Of a stretch of DNA of 64,000 nucleotides, positions 20,201-27,543 are shown one piece after another. A program made the position numbers and the translations under genes. Origin of the DNA: an uncultured Rhabdochlamydiaceae bacterium (lineage in GTDB: Bacteria; Chlamydiota; Chlamydiia; Chlamydiales; Rhabdochlamydiaceae); NCBI GenBank assembly GCA_963712275.1, contig CAVQHD010000001.1, positions 1,696,001-1,760,000 on the forward strand. The letters are read 5' to 3'. Every line of letters starts with the position of its first letter. Within the stretch, counting starts at the first letter, position 1. The notes under the pieces were generated by a model, which had not been told where the DNA came from, did not search any database, and saw nothing but the letters and a program-made list of their open reading frames with translations.

Positions 20201-22763
20201 GAATAAAGATGCTTTCCTTAAGCTCATGAATCAAGGAGAGTCTTATTTCGTCCACCAGATTGAAGATAACCTTTCGGTCCGATTAAAGGGAAAAAAATCA
20301 AGCAAAGATGTGTTTAAAAACCGTTTAACTGACTTAGCGCGTCATTACCCTTTTCCTTCTCCTCGGCTTGCTAAAGAAACCGCCGATTTATTACAACATA
20401 TCGACACAATCCCCCTCCCCCCTTACATGAACACCTCATGCGAACATCTCGGCATGGAAAATGAGGTAGAAGCCGCTGTTGAAGTCGACGTGAATGTAGC
20501 ACAAGAGCAACAAAAATCAACCGAAGTTGATGAGGATATCGAAAAAGAGCTTCAACTCTACGAAAATATAGAACGGGCAGAATACCGACAAGATCAGCCG
20601 ATCTCCTATGAAGCTTTTTGTGCCCTTATTGCTCTACTTTCGTCTCAAAATCCTCATCAACTTACATCCCTTAGCGATCAGCTAAAAAAATTTAAGTATG
20701 GCTCGAAAGATCAACAGAAACACTACGAAAAGATTTTTTCTGAGCCTATTTACGGAACAGAAAGCTATTTCAACGCCTGCACCTACACATTGCCTGTCTT
20801 CCACCGCCTCCAACGCCCTCCTACCCAAATCCTCGTCGTTCGAGGAAAAGGAGGGGTTCAATGGCTCCTACTGTCAGAGCATGAGAGTCAGAGTGTTAAA
20901 AAACACATTCAACGCAGCAACCCACCCCTAGAAAATGTTTGGTTCATTCAACCGAATGGGGCTCCCCTTGCCCCTGCCTTAACTCCCTTCCCTTTAGACG
21001 ATGAAGAAATTTTACAAGGGCTCCTTGAAATTAATGTCTTTAATGGTAATGCCGATTGGCTAGGGTACTATGAACACTACCTTGCCCCTTGGCTTGTCAG
21101 CGACTTTGAGCTGAAGATAGATTTTCTTAAGCTCCGCACTGCCCGCCATCCGCATCAACGCCAGATTCTAGCTTACCTCCCCTCTATTTTGAGACTCAGC
21201 AAACAATATCAGGTTGATTTGAAGTCTAATTCCATGCTTTTTTCTGAGCGGGCAGAAAGAGAGTCGCAGCGTACGGGGCCCGTCTATACCCCTGGCAGCA
21301 TCACTGAAACGAAATTACTTCGCTCAATGAAGCAAATTGAACAACTCTCTGATGAATCGATTCCTCATTTGGGAATTGACCCAATAAACCTAGATGACTC
21401 TACCCAAGAGGCCCTGAACTGGTTAAAAAGCCGGCACCCAGGTGCGACCCCAGAAGCCCTCGTCTCACTTGCAGACAACCACTCAAAAAACCAAATAAAA
21501 CTCCTCCAGGCTCGGCAAATTAGACATCTCACCGCTGGTCAAATTAAATGGATGCAGCTAGGCCAAGTTCGCTATCTGACCTATCCTCATCAAATTATGC
21601 AGGGCACCAAATATTACTTAGACGAGAGCCAAGTCCAGCAGCTGACCGCTTCACAAGCACATCTGATACCTTTCGTCAACCCCCTCCATTACCCTCTTCT
21701 AACACTTCCTGAACATATCCAAAATGTCCCTCCTAAAGATGTGGATCGAATAAATCCAAAGTATGGATGCCATCTCCTCGAGAGACAAATCAAAGAGGGA
21801 ATAAAAACAGTAGAGCAACTTAAAACGTATACGCTTCTTCCGAGTCAGTGGCCCCACGCTCAAGGAAAGCTGATTGAAGCAATTCCTCCAAATGAAGTCA
21901 CTAAAGCTCACATTCAGCAAATTCAAGATAAATGCCTCATTCAATCACTTCATACCCTTGCCAGAACCGATGAACTCCGAACCCGTTGGATTGGGTGGCT
22001 AACCGAAGATCAACTAAAGGAGATCTTATCCGAGCAATTTGAGTACCTTCAGCCTGAGCAAGCTAAACATCTTGTTGCCAACCAAGTCCAGCAGCTGACC
22101 ACTTCGCAAACACGTCTGATACCTTTCCTCAATCCCCTCCATTACCCTCTTCTAACGCTTCCTGAACATATCCAAAATGTCCCTCCTAAAGATGTGTATC
22201 GAATAAATCCAAAGTATGGATGCCATCTCCTCGAGAGCCAAATCAAAGAGGGAATAAAAACAGTAGAACAACTTAAAACGTATACGCTTCTTCCTAGGCA
22301 GTGGCCCCACGTTCAAGGGAAGCTGATTGAAGCAATTCCTCCAAATCATGTCACTGAAACTCACATTCAGCAAATTCAAGATAAACGCCTCATTCAATCG
22401 CTTCATACCCTTGCCACAACCGATGAACTCCGAACCCGTTGGATTGAGTGGCTAACCGAAGATCAACTAAAGGAGATCTCATCCGAGCAATTTAAGTACC
22501 ACCGAAACCTTCCCTCGCCCCTGATTCAATCTCTTTCCTTCTGGAAAGCACTTTATTTTCTTACTCCAACCCAACTTAAACATCGAACGGTTCTCCAAAA
22601 AGCGGTGCATATCCTTGCTATTTATGTCTTTGGGTGCATCGCTCACATTGCTTTAGTGACAAGAATCTCCCACCTCTTCCATGCCACTCAAAGCTGTCAA
22701 TGGTACTCAAGCAAAATGACCAGCTTAACAAGCGATGACCTCATGGAGATCGTATCTTTCTAA
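11259..22763 (+). CDS. Giant 3834-aa DUF3638/DUF3645-like P-loop protein with an internal ubiquitin-like domain; candidate effector
   Basis: Uninterrupted ORF with QLIMGSGKT (Walker A, ~aa 2181), LIDEID (~aa 2349), YDEMHTTGTD and QGSMRLRQL. Ubiquitin-like segment at aa ~1244-1319. Confidence 0.8.
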   Translation: MSIKLTSSKQASLLNWTEHPPKTSQSNSPAFPFKLSPFPNLEEQLDQSKEPQAEMVLRVAANLLTGGLGTGGKDPLDGMQPIQNFLTWEWVLNQLLNNNFPINRDTLKKLLSDVQSLLNQCADQKKLFNAFSEAEFLEMVKRQTQTMKNLGVGESYSFYGGWGNIGGGSGHALMYEVKRSSAGFFDFRLYTSTDCQLADNLFYGDKRLLLPVVCWDQIPKEYLFASTGPDEPPVFFQQLFEMDWSISRYDKNAIVNEDDILETLDYLEPFLRKTTLEDFGAKTGQKGGTCLPSSTKTWASYHFSSLKENKIFGLYFDLILTIGIYEQLEPHLKEGGSKAERQRTTFIYAAQAVVGAIDKLVRTQKEALPEDLAFKATKQLHEWIDKVEKISRDLETQRKQERLPVNVKTQEIKPQQNQRTKDRYWITQSQCSDNCAPHPSSFPTYLTLKESEYLSFLEDVCKTYEQKRLEDKKSFYKQAANLSLHHAIDALPLPPIGQTSPWKDLGIDTLLKCCAILRALGTSYLKHTIQEDLPPRRFATLFAMYAIIHHLACLINQKKGSFGEGLLSSYSVPFPADKLNQIDALTFHDVQEFERIEQAKKYFNTIKGKKLLFQSETDTEVVKNSIHESRHNAALWEGLIRSNEQFRTEVNEAANKRFPDYSEEFIEEDFKSQQDKLEQWYQQEKAYQNKNDKAIFWSLPKKPPNAQKLQNLPLLTKQMLVLEEFDSDENPMGNSLLAKSHQEINEVRLFALLVQQAILSPSNFSTDLKRTAERDPNHYEMKCSVYSDIHRDYFHVDAWNWFIHQKQYLPVHSHGKFLELPQTKRDRDQWKRTTAEAEALDQKNLSPLLYQSIRTLSEWKLTPHQLLLEWGKDFEHLKDPELQGLFLRLFFRSPVYKGKVRLGAGELFKDSDLLENVKAFVSQGLSYFMQLKKKEGAKYNIHDMEGVKFLFELTFLCQKYLVEQRQNEQAKQIDFSEKLDEWIQDNTISRTPRSLLRLYRLLSYSITTPIEQLTTENLKQIFVDWTVIHLYSDGYRPSQISPLVFRLADDFIAKILEKRRETFNQSPQVFCQPILLEVEKREEQLKWSLDPAASLIFIGTTQTNEKYQIDLRRGEVFTPTGKASRTILSRSWEDDPDFKRVFWEPHRFEYTMGGQGAVTFTHPRGGFFRILLKGYHQKNMIQRLWGGEWYQYIPPDQIKKETLGLSVGFAKDHLLWGQVKVDKVEEVQVSKASRGDGDHSDGTSQMFFKTLTGQTISLEIDFTKSLQDHVDQFAEKIAEKMPDVRYVRLIFAGTALNPNETLNALGLKYGSTCHLVAAGKNSGDNILDLRPPLSKKEGSSPPPINLHPFKGIITSLATGKAVWAIDAKEGQVFEVSEEGDFVKKVTSDTSIHYLDSTDHGLNSFEDPDYILTMTNSKGKIEQVHFPRFRSLDGNPLFFIRKKGTVLVWNDNQQYCLKAVPKALFQFPIKSLYLERETGTKKEPGILLIPFSRFHPQKDQVHPIEEWESIPYFEYQTQEDLIIPQSLEGRFYLAYLYFQDQKYDRAIEQITLIDPIETISPLGFVLLDRIRKVPPPIDHPDAAMVSLQAALQLVKGRDRQSDESVTTYFGLEREDIQALHNLIVLAHQSLQSARHISEGCRISDSEKRMLFQKLIDEAAAKCDSFQRSGINYPAALIEHLGYWLGRASKHEMASKGNRRIPENRNNEPINPLSFSLPSQPMLKNDEKEQAHYETDCRQATLWLASGTVPFLVNRWPVEGSGRAKENGKLLSKVLEIAKQGTPATRLAMLWKVRNWRLHWKGDKEDLASFDLMIQILLTSPRLRLTKDISESSTGPEKVEFLKEINRQIPRHKVNFQETIANHLNQHKTSSRQKQGTYQLPPLFNSKEPSLDDFGPSPDPLLNEVKGNYDKHRLETLKNWREDFFTPLEAREKSPPIQTRFSLKPGLLSKQDKVYQEIVQKDLDILTEDFNEGSKQLQNQKEITLNNNTKELLQAIDQEQETFSKVLEEKEREAKEILNQLSFSFEEFFHRIAQTITGTKKSISLDKAREALLTFDKRAFKVLNPGLKDQEITTIAQLLLDIEDLKSWKLQLQRMKDLVTQGSKIADPQDVTKRDVCRRLLQELEAGYHFNTLDPEMQVVFRIFCGETDLIPFKKQVDLITEMLKPCKKDPSRLKDCVGQLIMGSGKTAVIAALLMQFLARQKGKIAFFIVPAPLFKSVSNNLTESLKKSFNQQLEPLHVKRNDLTLYRLKEIEKLLDRAKENPIAMITTPSSLQVLELEFLSQIRKLKDHIIELNNSSSELEKISEQNRRALLKSQINNLSKLIQERLEKIRHLARIVRTVTEHGQALIDEIDLILDALLEVNFPDGTKIPILAERNHLVYTIFSLCMQEDLRVNTLPGKPLLQDVLHLRPNLGTSEEVEDKHVFQDRYRQAASVLASQLILSFAPFQTLPKELQPSLYRFLMNEIPFWVQEFSDEKNFQFCENDLTQKDPDWEKFGTILQLKNDAHFLSLLNDQFNSNNNKEVQFAKLVALATHLLNDILPVTLCKNGNRHYGPVPLDPHGKMCPYEGVDAPVIDREFGYVWEELCYYYQWACLSAPEEAVILELARLATEAAHYYMKKNGELFDQTAEYQQFKTLTGVSLQDFQDPGSTVCKEGVQKAKATLQNDPKKRLLLQKELAAHQVKVHALHLSSNGASFSRRFRSRDGMSATLTWNVEGYRQSLAENVILDKGTEGKVLATLSKKVTPEQIHKVPFTSNISTTLTEILKNSPHTKEMRGFIDAEGILKIYPNIRVVAEQVLAFLKSEQEKGRIAPEIDTVLFFSKEGKETQANTLYMWKMGMQSPEKIGGTTLKAFKAKGLDPRTYFVIYDEMHTTGTDIVQVPNAVNLFSFGPSMLLRRFPQGSMRLRQLLFSQNVEIVIDKAILPEIYNQGQTIDDLMLQAAKNQSIRKIGDMPRYCKAQINEPFRFDVVERLLDFFINNSWNKDAFLKLMNQGESYFVHQIEDNLSVRLKGKKSSKDVFKNRLTDLARHYPFPSPRLAKETADLLQHIDTIPLPPYMNTSCEHLGMENEVEAAVEVDVNVAQEQQKSTEVDEDIEKELQLYENIERAEYRQDQPISYEAFCALIALLSSQNPHQLTSLSDQLKKFKYGSKDQQKHYEKIFSEPIYGTESYFNACTYTLPVFHRLQRPPTQILVVRGKGGVQWLLLSEHESQSVKKHIQRSNPPLENVWFIQPNGAPLAPALTPFPLDDEEILQGLLEINVFNGNADWLGYYEHYLAPWLVSDFELKIDFLKLRTARHPHQRQILAYLPSILRLSKQYQVDLKSNSMLFSERAERESQRTGPVYTPGSITETKLLRSMKQIEQLSDESIPHLGIDPINLDDSTQEALNWLKSRHPGATPEALVSLADNHSKNQIKLLQARQIRHLTAGQIKWMQLGQVRYLTYPHQIMQGTKYYLDESQVQQLTASQAHLIPFVNPLHYPLLTLPEHIQNVPPKDVDRINPKYGCHLLERQIKEGIKTVEQLKTYTLLPSQWPHAQGKLIEAIPPNEVTKAHIQQIQDKCLIQSLHTLARTDELRTRWIGWLTEDQLKEILSEQFEYLQPEQAKHLVANQVQQLTTSQTRLIPFLNPLHYPLLTLPEHIQNVPPKDVYRINPKYGCHLLESQIKEGIKTVEQLKTYTLLPRQWPHVQGKLIEAIPPNHVTETHIQQIQDKRLIQSLHTLATTDELRTRWIEWLTEDQLKEISSEQFKYHRNLPSPLIQSLSFWKALYFLTPTQLKHRTVLQKAVHILAIYVFGCIAHIALVTRISHLFHATQSCQWYSSKMTSLTSDDLMEIVSF
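21629..22500 (+). repeat. Intragenic tandem duplication, two 419-bp units at a 453-bp (151-aa) period
   Basis: 21629-22047 and 22082-22500 are nearly identical at DNA level. Confidence 0.92.
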
Positions 22764-24164
22764 TTAAAAGGGGAGAGGAAGCCTCGGGTCAAGAGCGAGC
22801 AGCTCCTTTCGAAATACCGCCTGAATCTCTTTTAAATGGGCCTCGGTGTCGGCTTCAAATCGCAGGACCAGGGAAGGGGTTGTATTGGACGGCCGCACAA
22901 GGCCAAAGCCAAACTCAAATTCAACTCGTATTCCATCAAGAGTGATGATTTTTCCGCCCTTAAAGCCCGAGCGGGCTTTCAGTTGCTTGATAAAGGTAAA
23001 TTTTGCGCTATCTGCCATCGGTATTTTTAACTCAGGCGTGCTTACGCTATTAGGTAGTGAGAAAAAAACACCTTCAGAGCTCTGATCCTCTTGAGATAAA
23101 ATTTCTAGGAGACGCGCTGCAGCATAGAGGGCATCATCGAATCCCGACCACCGGTCTTGAAAATAGAAATGGCCGCTCATTTCCCCTGCCAGTTTTGCCT
23201 TCGTCTCTTGCATTTTGGCTACAATTAAAGAATGGCCCGTTTTCCACATGAGAGGAACGCCTTGATGCTCTCGGATCCACTTATCCAGCAGCCGGGTACA
23301 CTTCACATCGTAGATAATTGTAGACCCTAGATTGTGCTTTAAAACCTGTTTAGCAAAGAGCATGAGCAGTCGATCAGGCCAGATGATCGTGCCCTCATTC
23401 GTGACGACTCCTAGCCGATCCCCATCTGAATCAAAAGCAACTCCCACATCTGCATGGGTCTCTCGAACCTTTTGAATGAGATCATCCAAGTTCTTGGGGT
23501 CGGCCGGATCTGGAAAATGATGGGGAAAATGGCCATCCACCTCACAAAAAAGCTCTATAACCTCTGCCCCCAACTGACGCGCTAAGGTAGGAAAAACACT
23601 GCCCGCAACCCCGCTACCTGCGTCAACGACAACGCGCAACTTCCGCTTCAACCGAATACTGTCTACGATTCGAGAGATATACATCGGGATCACGTCTAAC
23701 ACTTGCTTTTTTCCCGTGCCACGGAGAAATTTTTTCGCCTCAAATCGGTTAAAAATCGATAAAATTTGCTCTGGCGAAAGGGCACGATGGTGCAAAACCA
23801 TTTTCAGGCCGTTGTCGCTCGCAGGGTTGTGGCTCCCCGTCACCATGACTCCAGAAGGAGTACCTGTAGCCTCTGTCGCAAAATAGAGGAGAGGCGAAGG
23901 GACCATCCCAATATCGATCACATCTGCGCCGCTCTCCAGCAGCCCTTGCGTCAAGGCTTGACATAGAGCTGGGCTTGATAGCCTGCCGTCTCGCGCAACG
24001 ATCAGTTTCATCTGCTGGCTCTCTTGCGCCAGGCTGCCAAAACAGAGCCCAATGGCATAGACAACATCTGGCTTAAGCTCGTTTTGAACATTGCCCCGTA
24101 TATCGTTAGCCCGAAAGATGGTTTTAGGAATCTTTTGAGGAAGCTTAAACTCTTCCATAGTCAT
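22764..24164 (-). CDS. Phosphomannomutase/phosphoglucomutase (AlgC-type); start ATG 24164 or 24158
   Basis: IFRANDIRG, VTGSHNP phosphoserine loop, FDSDGDR metal loop, GEMSGH and RPSNT motifs. Confidence 0.93.
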   Translation of the reverse strand: MTMEEFKLPQKIPKTIFRANDIRGNVQNELKPDVVYAIGLCFGSLAQESQQMKLIVARDGRLSSPALCQALTQGLLESGADVIDIGMVPSPLLYFATEATGTPSGVMVTGSHNPASDNGLKMVLHHRALSPEQILSIFNRFEAKKFLRGTGKKQVLDVIPMYISRIVDSIRLKRKLRVVVDAGSGVAGSVFPTLARQLGAEVIELFCEVDGHFPHHFPDPADPKNLDDLIQKVRETHADVGVAFDSDGDRLGVVTNEGTIIWPDRLLMLFAKQVLKHNLGSTIIYDVKCTRLLDKWIREHQGVPLMWKTGHSLIVAKMQETKAKLAGEMSGHFYFQDRWSGFDDALYAAARLLEILSQEDQSSEGVFFSLPNSVSTPELKIPMADSAKFTFIKQLKARSGFKGGKIITLDGIRVEFEFGFGLVRPSNTTPSLVLRFEADTEAHLKEIQAVFRKELLALDPRLPLPF

Positions 24165-24477
24165 CTTCGTACCGAGTGATGTCTGTTTCCAGCGTCTTCC
24201 CAAAGGCAACTTCTAAAACAACAGCTTCTGTGATGCCTGTAATCCGATGTTTTTTCTTCTTGGGAACAAAGAAGAAGTCGCCAGACTTCCCCTTGCGCCG
24301 CTCTTTCCCAATTTGCGCAAGAATCGTGCCGCTTAAAACAAACCAAACTTCCTCTCGATCGCAGTGGCTTTGAAGGCTGAATCGCTCTTTTTGACGAATC
24401 AGAAGCTTTTTGACCCAAAAACGGTTTGTTTTTTTTAAAATGGTATAACCGCCCCAAGGACGTTTAATCAAACTCAC
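24145..24477 (-). CDS. Cupin protein resembling the type II mannose-6-phosphate isomerase C-terminal domain
   Basis: RPWGGY, SLQSH..REEVW, KHRI and DITRYEDDYGR motifs. Confidence 0.85.
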   Translation of the reverse strand: MSLIKRPWGGYTILKKTNRFWVKKLLIRQKERFSLQSHCDREEVWFVLSGTILAQIGKERRKGKSGDFFFVPKKKKHRITGITEAVVLEVAFGKTLETDITRYEDDYGRV

Positions 24478-26408
24478 ACTCCCAACCTTTTTAAAATATC
24501 TTTAAGCCCCATCTTGGCAACTCCGATGACTCGATCACCGCCGCCATAGTAGAGGTAGACCTCTTCATTCAATAACACAGCGCCGCAGGGAAACACAACA
24601 TTGGACACCTGACCTATTTTTTCGTAGTCCATCTCCGGCTCAAGCAGAGTCGCATCGGTTTTAGCGATGACCCTCGTAGGGTCGTTTAAATCAAGAAGCG
24701 CTGCTTCAACTTTATAAACATCGCCTGGGACAGCAACTCGATGGTAAAGCATTAGCCAACCCTGGGGAGTCTCGATAGGAGGGGCCGCGATTCCAAATTT
24801 TCGATTATCCCAATAATCGGCTCTTGGTTTAATCAAGCAGCTGCTATGAATGAGCCACTTATTTTCATGAAAATCCAAGTCATCTGCCATGTCGATGCAA
24901 ATGCAATTATCAGCGCGATGGAAAATGACATACTGCCCCTTGATTTTTTTTGGAAGAAGGCAGCTATCTTTATCATCTACGCCAGGAGGTGTAATGACTC
25001 TAGGGGCCGCCCAATTCCACCGGTGGCTTAGAAAGTCATCCACCTTGATCGTCGAAAACGCAACACGCGGCATGCGGCCATCATAGGCCGTATAAAACAG
25101 ATAAAATAGATCGCCTAGTTTGGTGATCCGCGGATCTTCACAGCCAGAGTTGCCAGGATGTGATTTTTTTTCAAAATCTGCCCTTGGCACATAGATCGGC
25201 ACTCGCAGCCTTTCATCAATATGAAGTCCATCTCGGCTTGAAGCATACCCAAAAACAGATGTATCATCGATCGACATTGCCCGATAAACGATATGAAATT
25301 TGCCGCCCTCATAAATGGCTGCTGGGTTAAATGTTGCCTTCGCCTCCCACGTAAATTCAGGCCGTGGAGAAATAATCGGATTTTGCTGATACCTCTTAAA
25401 CCCTTGACTGATGTGTCCGCTTAGGAAAGAGGCATCCTCTGACTTCTCTTCCATCATTTCGTTTAAAAGGGTCTTAATATCACAGACCGCCACGCAAGAA
25501 GTTGTATCAGCAGCCCCGTAATACAGATAAAGCTTCTCATTTTCTATCATGGCCCCTGAAGGAAATGTAATATCAGGCACATCTCCATAGAGCTCATACT
25601 CTTTTTCCGGAACCAGCAGCGGCTCTTCCAGCCGCCCAATGACTTTGGAAGGGTCTTTTAAATCCAATAACACAGCCTCGATCCCAAAGATCTTCTCCGA
25701 GGAAAAATAGTTCTGAATATACGAATAAATCAGCAGCCATCCTCGATCGGTCTTGATTGGAGGAGCTCCCACCTCTAAATGGTCATTGGCATTTCTGAGT
25801 AACGGGATGACGTGGCTATCGAGCTCTTTGTACCATTTGTCCCAATAGGCCTCCGACCAAATCTCCTCCTCCTTGTCAAACAACGCCAGTCCAATTTTTG
25901 CCGGCGGAAGATCAGTATGCGCCGTTAGAATAGCGGCAAATTTCCCATCGATTTTCTCTGGGAAAAGAGCCATCGCTTTCGAATTAAACGTTGTAACAGG
26001 ATGTTTCTCTTCCATTGTTTGAAAATCTTTTGTGATCGCAAGCCCCACCCGAATTCCAGATGCCGAGAAAGGGTACGTCGAAAGAGCGGTATAAAAAATA
26101 TAATATTTGCCACCGAGAAGAGTGACCCGCGGATCTTCACACCCAAACCGCTCCCACGCCTGTTCAGGCTTGATCAGCGGCCGCTCTTTTTCAAAGTGAA
26201 CCCCATCGCCACTTTCAGCACAGCCAATGGTTGAAACCGACATATGAACGCCTTGATGACTTTTTGGCGCTGATTGGGCGCGATACAGAAGAAGGTATTT
26301 TTGGCTGCATTTTGTAACGCACGGGTTAAAGGCTGCCTGCGCCTTCCATTCTTCATCTTTGTTAGGAACAAGAATCGGATTTTCCTTACTCCGCTGAAAC
26401 TGTGTCAT
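24474..26408 (-). CDS. Tandem two-domain GH130-like glycosidase/mannoside phosphorylase
   Basis: The set NPI..P, FNP, YRA, GCEDPR(V/I)T, YTA, PPI.T..GWL, FP.GA, YYG occurs twice. Confidence 0.85.
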   Translation of the reverse strand: MTQFQRSKENPILVPNKDEEWKAQAAFNPCVTKCSQKYLLLYRAQSAPKSHQGVHMSVSTIGCAESGDGVHFEKERPLIKPEQAWERFGCEDPRVTLLGGKYYIFYTALSTYPFSASGIRVGLAITKDFQTMEEKHPVTTFNSKAMALFPEKIDGKFAAILTAHTDLPPAKIGLALFDKEEEIWSEAYWDKWYKELDSHVIPLLRNANDHLEVGAPPIKTDRGWLLIYSYIQNYFSSEKIFGIEAVLLDLKDPSKVIGRLEEPLLVPEKEYELYGDVPDITFPSGAMIENEKLYLYYGAADTTSCVAVCDIKTLLNEMMEEKSEDASFLSGHISQGFKRYQQNPIISPRPEFTWEAKATFNPAAIYEGGKFHIVYRAMSIDDTSVFGYASSRDGLHIDERLRVPIYVPRADFEKKSHPGNSGCEDPRITKLGDLFYLFYTAYDGRMPRVAFSTIKVDDFLSHRWNWAAPRVITPPGVDDKDSCLLPKKIKGQYVIFHRADNCICIDMADDLDFHENKWLIHSSCLIKPRADYWDNRKFGIAAPPIETPQGWLMLYHRVAVPGDVYKVEAALLDLNDPTRVIAKTDATLLEPEMDYEKIGQVSNVVFPCGAVLLNEEVYLYYGGGDRVIGVAKMGLKDILKRLGV

Positions 26409-26588
26409 AAAGCCTTGTTAACAATTGATTTAGATCCATGGTCGCCCCGTAATAAACGAAAAGCGTTGAGCTCATCAGGACAGCTTTTCCAAAAAATACC
26501 ATGAAAAAATCTTTAGAGAAAGATTTTTTCTTGAGTTTTTTTAAAAGCCTGGTCGAAACTATTTGCAACCACAATGATGAGGTTTGTT

Positions 26589-27356
26589 ATGGCTCAATCT
26601 ACGCAATTTAATGTAAAAGAATTTTTGTCTCTCTTACAATGTCCCTTTGGACTCGATCCTTTAACCACGGCGGTCAATTTATTTCCTTGCTGCCATAAAG
26701 TAAACCAGGCCGCCGCTGAAAAATATTACGGACAACTCATACAAGGTTTTTGTAGTTTAAAAGGCAGAACATGCGTCCTTTGCAGGCAAGAAGTCGTCTC
26801 TTACGCTCCAGATCACACGATTCGAGATCTTGCTTCTCGCATCTTTAATCATGAAAACGCTTTAGAAGCCTTGCCAACGCATCCTCTTGTTTTAGAAGAA
26901 AAAAAGAATCTCAGCTTACCTTACCCAGGCCTTCCCGCTGTTTTTATATGTACAAAGGACAACTGGAATAAGCCCGTTGACAATGGGGATGGCTACTGCA
27001 GAAAACTATATTTTGAAAGTGCAACTTCTAATTCCTTACTGGAAAAATTTGATCTTTTAGGATCTTGGGAAGGAACTGTCTCTCTAACCATAGTCTTTTC
27101 AAAAATCCCCTCAGAAGCTGTTGAAGAGTATTTAAAAGCTCATCGATTCGTAGGCAAGGGTACTTTCACTTACCAAACTCGGACTCTTGAAGAGCTCAAA
27201 AAACTTTTTCATATCATTGCTTCTAATAACGAAATCCCCGCGAGTCATTTTAACACACTTCGCGAGATTATCGAGCGTGGAGCTTGCGATCCTACCCCAA
27301 GATTTACGCAGAGAAATGGATTGCGTCTCCACGACCTCATTAGCTACTCGCATTAA
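26589..27356 (+). CDS. RING/U-box-like domain protein, candidate E3-ligase effector
   Basis: LQCPFGLDPL..AV.LFPCCH...CVLCRQ......DHTIRDL at the N-terminus. SD GAGG before ATG 26589. Confidence 0.7.
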   Translation: MAQSTQFNVKEFLSLLQCPFGLDPLTTAVNLFPCCHKVNQAAAEKYYGQLIQGFCSLKGRTCVLCRQEVVSYAPDHTIRDLASRIFNHENALEALPTHPLVLEEKKNLSLPYPGLPAVFICTKDNWNKPVDNGDGYCRKLYFESATSNSLLEKFDLLGSWEGTVSLTIVFSKIPSEAVEEYLKAHRFVGKGTFTYQTRTLEELKKLFHIIASNNEIPASHFNTLREIIERGACDPTPRFTQRNGLRLHDLISYSH

Positions 27357-27397
27357 GAGTTTTTCTTTTTTCCTAAATTCTGTATCCTATTTCTCAA

Positions 27398-27485
27398 ACA
27401 CCAGAGGTGCCTTGTTAAAGGCTGAAAGATCGCGTGCGGTCAACTCTTAGTACCTGATCTAGGTCATACTAGCGGAGGGAGAGTG
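27398..27485 (+). ncRNA. TPP riboswitch (THI element)
   Basis: AGAGGTGC..GGCTGAAA..ACTCT..ACCTGATCTAGGTCATACTAGCGGAGGGA fits the TPP aptamer layout. Downstream CCTCCCT (27515-21) pairs with SD AGGGAGG (27532-38). Confidence 0.85.
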
Positions 27486-27543
27486 AAGGGGCTTTGTTCT
27501 AACGAACTTCCCTGCCTCCCTATTTGTTTTAAGGGAGGACTTT

